Below, in pieces: positions 33,715 to 38,877 of a stretch of 38,877 bases of DNA. How positions within the stretch are numbered: the stretch's first letter is position 1; each line of letters opens with the position of its first letter. Position numbers and translations under genes: made by a program. The DNA comes from Candidatus Thorarchaeota archaeon. GTDB taxonomy: Archaea > Asgardarchaeota > Thorarchaeia > Thorarchaeales > Thorarchaeaceae. The stretch spans positions 1-38,877 of the forward strand of contig RDNZ01000026.1 in the NCBI GenBank assembly GCA_011364905.1, in the 5' to 3' direction. Under the pieces are notes generated by a model. The model saw only the letters and a program-made list of their open reading frames with translations, made no database searches and had not been told where the DNA came from.

Positions 33715-35952
33715 ATGAAAAACCACCTTAAGCTGCTAGGAATTATATTTACACTTCTTTGGCTCATGCCACTGGCAAGTCCGATATCTGTGACTAATCA
33801 AAATCACTCTGTTGCCTTTACTTCTGCAGCAACAGACACAAACCGTGTAGAATGGAAGACAAACAGGTTTCCGAATCCGGGATTCGAGCTATGGTCTGAT
33901 GATACAAGCCCCAATGACTTAGGCAGTGATTTCACTAGGGAACACTATTCATACTATAACACCAATCCTTTGTATGTCAATGAGGGGACTCGCTCATTTG
34001 TCATCCAAGCTCGAGCGGACAATCCTGTTGATTACTCTGAAGCATTGCTAAGAAGGTCAAGTTGGAGTTCATGGAGCAATCCGACAAACCTAACTCTGAA
34101 GTTCGATTGGTTTGTTGATGCGTTGCCCAGCGCGGTTGATAATAACTATTTGCGTATGCAAGTGCGTTTTGCTGCGCCTGGACAGAGGAACCTTTTCTAC
34201 TACTTCGAGAGTCAAAATACTGGTCTCGGAAATGACACGTTCAACTGCTACTTCGAAGTCTCAGCCCCGCTACAATCTTGGAACACATTCAACAGGAATC
34301 TGACAGAGGACTATTTCGAAGCGTTCGGCTCATACCCCACCTATCAATTCTATACCTTTGAATTCCAGCTTCGCAGTTACACTAATGCTTACTGTAGAGC
34401 TTACTTCGATGACCTCTGGTTGGTGAATGGTACAACATTCATAGGCGGGTCTATTTCAAATGGCAACTTCGAAACAAACGGCATTTGGCAAACTAATCTC
34501 AACAGTGATCAAGGTTTGGTCAGTAAATCCACGACCCGCCTAGAAGGAGATTACAGTCTCAACGCAACTGCAACATCGAATGGAAATGTCAGCTACGCGC
34601 GTTTACAAATCTATGACAATATACGAGCGTCGTCTTTGAATCCAGATCAGCTCACTCTAAAGTGGAGAATCGATGAATTAGTATCGCCTTCGGAGAACAC
34701 ATACGCCTATATCAGAGCGACCTGCATGAATGGCTCTGATGAGGGCGAATTCTATCTCACATATGGACTGTTCTTCATCGGTGATTCCGCACCATATGAA
34801 ACCTATGGGGGGCAAGATTTGCGTGCGACGGGATTCAATGTGACCGATCAGTGGCACTCATTCGAAACAAGCTTTTGGGATGAAATTGCTTCTGTAGCAT
34901 CGCCAGAGTTCATCATCCTTGAGGATATCCAAATTGAGGTATACTCACGGGATCCAGGAGCACGCATCACGATTCTCTTCGACGATGCCTCGCTCACTAC
35001 AGCAGCTCTATGTGATATGGGATACGAGGATCAAGGCCAAGTGGGCGATGAGATCTGGACATGGAACCTCTGGGACAATCCAGCACCAAACTATACGGTC
35101 ACTGATAATGCCCATTCAGGGTCCCGGGCAGCCAGACTTGCCTTGGAGAATGGTGAGTATTTCTATGGAGAGCAATATCCGAATCTCCATCAATTGAATG
35201 AGAACACCGATCTCTGGTTGGACCTCTTTTGGCGCATTGAAGATTGGTCCGCAGATGCTGGAAACTTTCTCTATATAGCAGTCTATTTCGATGAGAAATC
35301 GATTGCATATATATTCGCCAACAATTCCGCGGTTCCAAGCGAGGATGGGTTCGATGAATACATCCTGGTGTCCGGGTACAACACTCAAGGTGTATGGAAC
35401 AATCTGCAAAGAAACCTATATGATGACTATGAGTCAGCTTTTGGCGTTGCACCAGACACATATGTATACGACATTACACTGTTTGGAGAAACAGACGCAG
35501 CTGGGAATCTTGAGGTGCTTTTTGATGATGTTTACCTTTACAATGACCCAGCACCAGAGATTTCTGGAATATCGTTTACTCCAACAATCGTCAATACTGG
35601 GGTAAATGTATCAGCTCAAGTGTACGACCCAAGTCTTGCAACCGTAAAGCTTGTCTATCAAGTAGACGGAGCAGCATGGATGGACATCAGTATGGTTGAC
35701 ACTGGGAATGGGTATAATGGCACCATCCCAGGTCAGGCTGTTGGTACTTCGGTTCTGTTTTACGTCGAAGCGACTGATGCTTTCGGACAGACATCTCAGA
35801 TCACTCCAATCGGATATGAAGTGACGGAGGGATATGTGCCTCCTCCTCCGAATTTGCTTCCGTTGCTCATTGCGGTCGGTGTTGGAGGAGCAGCTGTAAT
35901 TGTGATTTTGGTATATGTTCTATACATAAAACCAAAGCAATCCGGAAAATGA
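33715..35952 (+). CDS. Cell-surface protein: three CBM-like beta-sandwich repeats, Ig-like domain and C-terminal TM anchor
   Basis: Signal peptide; three repeats running from N.GFE/NGNFE/MGYE through EG..S/SG..A to FDD[LAV].L; then an Ig-like segment, PPPP linker and TM helix; CAGGAGG RBS. Confidence 0.7.
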   Translation: MKNHLKLLGIIFTLLWLMPLASPISVTNQNHSVAFTSAATDTNRVEWKTNRFPNPGFELWSDDTSPNDLGSDFTREHYSYYNTNPLYVNEGTRSFVIQARADNPVDYSEALLRRSSWSSWSNPTNLTLKFDWFVDALPSAVDNNYLRMQVRFAAPGQRNLFYYFESQNTGLGNDTFNCYFEVSAPLQSWNTFNRNLTEDYFEAFGSYPTYQFYTFEFQLRSYTNAYCRAYFDDLWLVNGTTFIGGSISNGNFETNGIWQTNLNSDQGLVSKSTTRLEGDYSLNATATSNGNVSYARLQIYDNIRASSLNPDQLTLKWRIDELVSPSENTYAYIRATCMNGSDEGEFYLTYGLFFIGDSAPYETYGGQDLRATGFNVTDQWHSFETSFWDEIASVASPEFIILEDIQIEVYSRDPGARITILFDDASLTTAALCDMGYEDQGQVGDEIWTWNLWDNPAPNYTVTDNAHSGSRAARLALENGEYFYGEQYPNLHQLNENTDLWLDLFWRIEDWSADAGNFLYIAVYFDEKSIAYIFANNSAVPSEDGFDEYILVSGYNTQGVWNNLQRNLYDDYESAFGVAPDTYVYDITLFGETDAAGNLEVLFDDVYLYNDPAPEISGISFTPTIVNTGVNVSAQVYDPSLATVKLVYQVDGAAWMDISMVDTGNGYNGTIPGQAVGTSVLFYVEATDAFGQTSQITPIGYEVTEGYVPPPPNLLPLLIAVGVGGAAVIVILVYVLYIKPKQSGK

Positions 35953-35960
35953 ATTTCGTG

Positions 35961-35995
35961 CCCAGTCGTATGACTGGGTGTTCTCTCTTTTTTTT
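35961..35995 (+). terminator. Hairpin plus poly-T terminator
   Basis: CCCAGTC-gtat-GACTGGG followed by TGTTCTCTCTTTTTTTT. Confidence 0.65.
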
Positions 35996-36115
35996 GCTGA
36001 TGACAAGAGGACTGTATAATGACAAGTATAATATCTGAAAGATTGCATTTCAGAACACAATAGCAATTAGTCATTGTGTCTAGTGGAAAGATACTGTAAC
36101 CGAGGTAGAGAGGAA

Positions 36116-37441
36116 TTGAAGATACGAGTCCTAGTAATCGATGATGATGAGGACTTGTTGTTCCTTGCTGGTAAATTCCTCACACGCGAAGATGAGAGAA
36201 TCCAACTCGTATCTGCAACTACTGATCAAGAAGCCCTACGCTTAATTGAAGAAGAGGCGTTTGATGCCATCGTTTGCGATCACTTCCTTGGTCAGGGTAG
36301 TATGACCGGGCTAGAGCTGCTTGAATGGGTCAGAGAATTCAATCCGCATATTCCATTCATCATTTTCACTGGACGAAGCCAAGAAGCTGTAGCAATCAGA
36401 GCGCTGAATCTTGGCGCCGACTACTATCTGAAAAAAGGAACAGAAGAATTTCGAGAACTATTCTCACAGCTAGCCAGTAGGATAGTATCTGAAGTTGAAG
36501 AAAGAAGACAAGCGGAAGCACTTGAATCTGCATTAAATGAAATGGAAAAACGTGTTGAGGAAAGGACTACCGAGCTTACAAAAGCCAATGAACAGCTTAA
36601 TCAAGAAATCACAGAACGCAAAAAAATGGAAGAGTCCCTGATATTACAGAGAGACCTAGGAAACACATTGTGCAATACGGAGAATCTGATAGATGCATTA
36701 GATAGAATCCTGAAAGCCACTGTCCAGTTGGAAGGAATTGACACGGGAGGAATCTTTCTTGTAGACTCGGATACTGGTGATTTTGATCTCTCGACAAGTC
36801 AGGGGATGTCTGCTGAGTTTCTCAAAAGCATTCTTGATCAAAAAGAAATACCAGTGATTTCTGAGCCCCTCTATGTTTCCAGTTCAGAGATAGATGAGAC
36901 TCTCAAAAGAAAGAGTGATTTTGAAGATCTATCCGCAATAGCCATCGTACCTATTTTACTCGATGGAAAGCCTGTTGCAATTCTTAGTCTCGGTTCACAT
37001 TCTCATGAAGAAATACCACTTACGGATAGGCATACACTAGAGGCGATTGCCATTCAAATCAGTGCATATATGGCTAGGATGAAATCACAGCAATCAATTG
37101 CTCAGTCCCAACGTGAAATAATACGTGTTTTTGATGAGCTTCGGGATATGCTATTCATAATTGACAAAACTGGTCTTATAGTTCATACAAACGACTTAGC
37201 AAACACTAGGTTGGGAGGGAAGCAAGTAGCTTTGGATGGCGATAGCATTTTAGAGTTTTATATTCAAGAAGATCAAGAAAAGATCAGCCAGATTCTTCAA
37301 GATGTCATGAACGGACAAGTGGTCATGTCGACTGCACCTCTGAAGACAGTGAATGGGCAGCTAGTAAAAGCTAGTACTAGGTTCGTGAAGAGCTATTATT
37401 CAGGGAAAGATGTTGTGTTCATGGTTAGCCATGAAGATTAA
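36116..37441 (+). CDS. Response regulator: REC, coiled coil, GAF and PAS domains, no output domain
   Basis: VLVIDDD, phospho-Asp in IVCD, FIIFTG, GADYYLKK; RVEERTTEL..AN..L..EITERKK helix; GAF (AIVPI...G..VAILSL); PAS (DMLFIID..G.IV.TN). TTG at 36116 follows GAGG (ORF track begins at 36074). Confidence 0.85.
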   Translation: MKIRVLVIDDDEDLLFLAGKFLTREDERIQLVSATTDQEALRLIEEEAFDAIVCDHFLGQGSMTGLELLEWVREFNPHIPFIIFTGRSQEAVAIRALNLGADYYLKKGTEEFRELFSQLASRIVSEVEERRQAEALESALNEMEKRVEERTTELTKANEQLNQEITERKKMEESLILQRDLGNTLCNTENLIDALDRILKATVQLEGIDTGGIFLVDSDTGDFDLSTSQGMSAEFLKSILDQKEIPVISEPLYVSSSEIDETLKRKSDFEDLSAIAIVPILLDGKPVAILSLGSHSHEEIPLTDRHTLEAIAIQISAYMARMKSQQSIAQSQREIIRVFDELRDMLFIIDKTGLIVHTNDLANTRLGGKQVALDGDSILEFYIQEDQEKISQILQDVMNGQVVMSTAPLKTVNGQLVKASTRFVKSYYSGKDVVFMVSHED

Positions 37442-37559
37442 AAGACCCAGTTCTATTAATCTGGAATTCTCCAATAATCATATATAGATTGGAGAAATTA
37501 ACAAAATGGGAGCAAGGCTTGAGCCATAAGACCACAAAAGGAACGACAGGTGCGAATTA

Positions 37560-38054
37560 ATGGGAGATGACGACGGATTCCTCAAGGGACCAATAACACG
37601 GCTCTTTGAGAAAGTGGCAAAATGGATAGGACTATCCTCGAATGCGGGACCGGTATTGGCGGCACTTTTCATTGAAAACTACGAAACTGGAAATCGTATG
37701 AGTTCTGATGACATCTGCAAAGCCACAGGCTATTCTCGAGCGAATGCCGGATTGATTATCTCACAACTTGAGGCATTAAGAATCATTGAAGGCAATAGGG
37801 ATTATGATCAGACTGGTCGTGGAAGAAAACGAGTTCTTTATGCAATTAAGGGTGATTTTAAGGAAATATTCAACCTCGGAGTAATGAGTTTGATGGACAG
37901 ACTCGGCACCATGATGAAAGACATCCAATCTATTCAGGATTTGAGAAGTGGGCGTGACGATGCGTTGGGCCCAATGCTAAGAGACATTAAGAAAGTAATC
38001 CAAGAACGAATAGATTCGCTTGAAGCAGTTTCATCTGCAGAAGTGACTCTTTGA
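37560..38054 (+). CDS. GbsR/MarR-like wHTH transcriptional regulator
   Basis: GLS..AG.V.A.L......MS.DDI...TGYSRA.....I.QL.....I.......G.RK..Y pattern followed by a dimerisation helix. Confidence 0.7.
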   Translation: MGDDDGFLKGPITRLFEKVAKWIGLSSNAGPVLAALFIENYETGNRMSSDDICKATGYSRANAGLIISQLEALRIIEGNRDYDQTGRGRKRVLYAIKGDFKEIFNLGVMSLMDRLGTMMKDIQSIQDLRSGRDDALGPMLRDIKKVIQERIDSLEAVSSAEVTL

Positions 38055-38191
38055 CCTTAAGTGATACAACAAATCATCGTTCTGCATTGGCGTAGTTGGT
38101 AGTACAACATTCAAGGGCAGCAGTTCTTGATTCTTCTGAACAACGTGTGTCTATAGAAAATGTCCAGTTTTGTACACAGAGTGAGCCAAAA

Positions 38192-38877
38192 CTACAGAGC
38201 GGCGGGGAGTGATACGATAAATACAGAACCCTTGGAATAATCGTCCTCAACCCGATCTTCCACACTAATGGATCCTCCGAATACCTCTGTCAGTGTTTTT
38301 GCAACTGAGAGACCCAAACCGGTACCTTTTGCACCTGTCATAAAACGATTGAAGAGATTAACTCGACTACTCGGTTCTATCCCTTGACCAAAGTCAATGA
38401 CTCGAGTTGTCCAAAAAGAGGCATCCTGAGTTTCAGCATAGCCAATTTCTATGTCAATACGCTTTTTGTCAGGAGAGTATTTGATTGCGTTTCTAAGCAG
38501 ATTCGTGAATATGCCCTCAATCAAAGCGTTTGCCAGAACGTAGCATTCCCCAACATTACGATTAATAGTAAACTCGATGCTTTGTTGATGAATTAGAGGG
38601 ACTGCATTTTCATAGGAGTTCCGTATGCTTTGAACAAGATCAATTCGTTCGAGATTTTGAAGACTAACTGTTTCAGACATGCCTATTTGCCTTACATTTC
38701 GAATAAGTTCATCAGCACGCTTCAATTCTGACTGGGCATCTTTAATGGCCTGCTCTCTAACTCCTTGTTGTAATCCATCAACATCAAGAAGACCTAATGA
38801 AATGAGAATTGCTTGATGGTAGTTTGATATATCGTGAACAAGCAAATCGGAGTAGACAGCAGATCTCTGATGTGCGT
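38192..38877 (-). CDS. Sensor histidine kinase, C-terminal part (5' end lies outside the window)
   Basis: H-box HDISN, N-box FTNLLRNAIKYS, G1 DFGQGI, F-box FNRF, G2 GTGLGL; the frame stays open to the window edge. Confidence 0.92.
   Translation of the reverse strand, partial: AHQRSAVYSDLLVHDISNYHQAILISLGLLDVDGLQQGVREQAIKDAQSELKRADELIRNVRQIGMSETVSLQNLERIDLVQSIRNSYENAVPLIHQQSIEFTINRNVGECYVLANALIEGIFTNLLRNAIKYSPDKKRIDIEIGYAETQDASFWTTRVIDFGQGIEPSSRVNLFNRFMTGAKGTGLGLSVAKTLTEVFGGSISVEDRVEDDYSKGSVFIVSLPAAL

Noticed and set aside
17129-38054. Functional link between the GbsR-like regulator and mtrH (glycine-betaine methylotrophy)
   Set aside because: The genes are about 19.5 kb apart with no betaine transporter or MtgB gene in the window; family names alone are not evidence.
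258-38596. Numerous 60-255 aa ORF-track entries antisense to or overlapping the main genes (e.g. 20674..21441, 7037..7570, 17278..17760, 9242..9451)
   Set aside because: Shadow ORFs of better-supported genes, with no recognisable motifs.
1-38877. CRISPR arrays, IS elements, integrases, tRNA/rRNA genes
   Set aside because: No regularly spaced repeats, transposase/integrase motifs or cloverleaf structures were seen, and intergenic spaces are short.

Overview
Gene-dense archaeal chromosomal segment. It is most likely from an Asgard archaeon (Thorarchaeota-like). That is an inference from TATA/BRE-type promoters, GGAGG/GGTGA ribosome-binding sites, a stand-alone mtrH, C-terminally anchored surface proteins, a 23-aa-repeat LRR protein and an ArsR-GyrI fusion. 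I found no rRNA, tRNA, CRISPR array or transposase. Left to right: (1) a tandemly duplicated ABC-2 exporter (ATPase + permease, twice), a surface-anchored C39/papain-like peptidase, an ArsR-GyrI regulator, an LRR protein and an orphan membrane-anchor fragment; (2) a probable four-gene microprotein operon, two genes of which are below the ORF-track cut-off and the last two of which share an unrecognised 37-aa helical domain; (3) acyltransferase-3 and DUF3160 genes with a divergent membrane-bound wHTH regulator, a nitroreductase, an Fpg/Nei-fold protein lacking its usual catalytic residues, mtrH and a CTP-dependent isoprenoid-alcohol kinase; (4) a ~14.6 kb divergent acyl-CoA cluster with no ACP in the window, containing two acyl-CoA ligases, two FabH-like enzymes with non-canonical active sites, two alpha/beta hydrolases, a MaoC hydratase, a di-domain SRPBCC protein and a complete Liv-type ABC importer with an expanded LivM; (5) a triple-CBM-like surface protein, a REC-GAF-PAS protein, a GbsR-like regulator and a truncated histidine kinase. 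The best candidates for an undescribed system are the twin-FabH/Liv cluster and the microprotein operon. All family calls come from motif recognition by eye; no database search was run.
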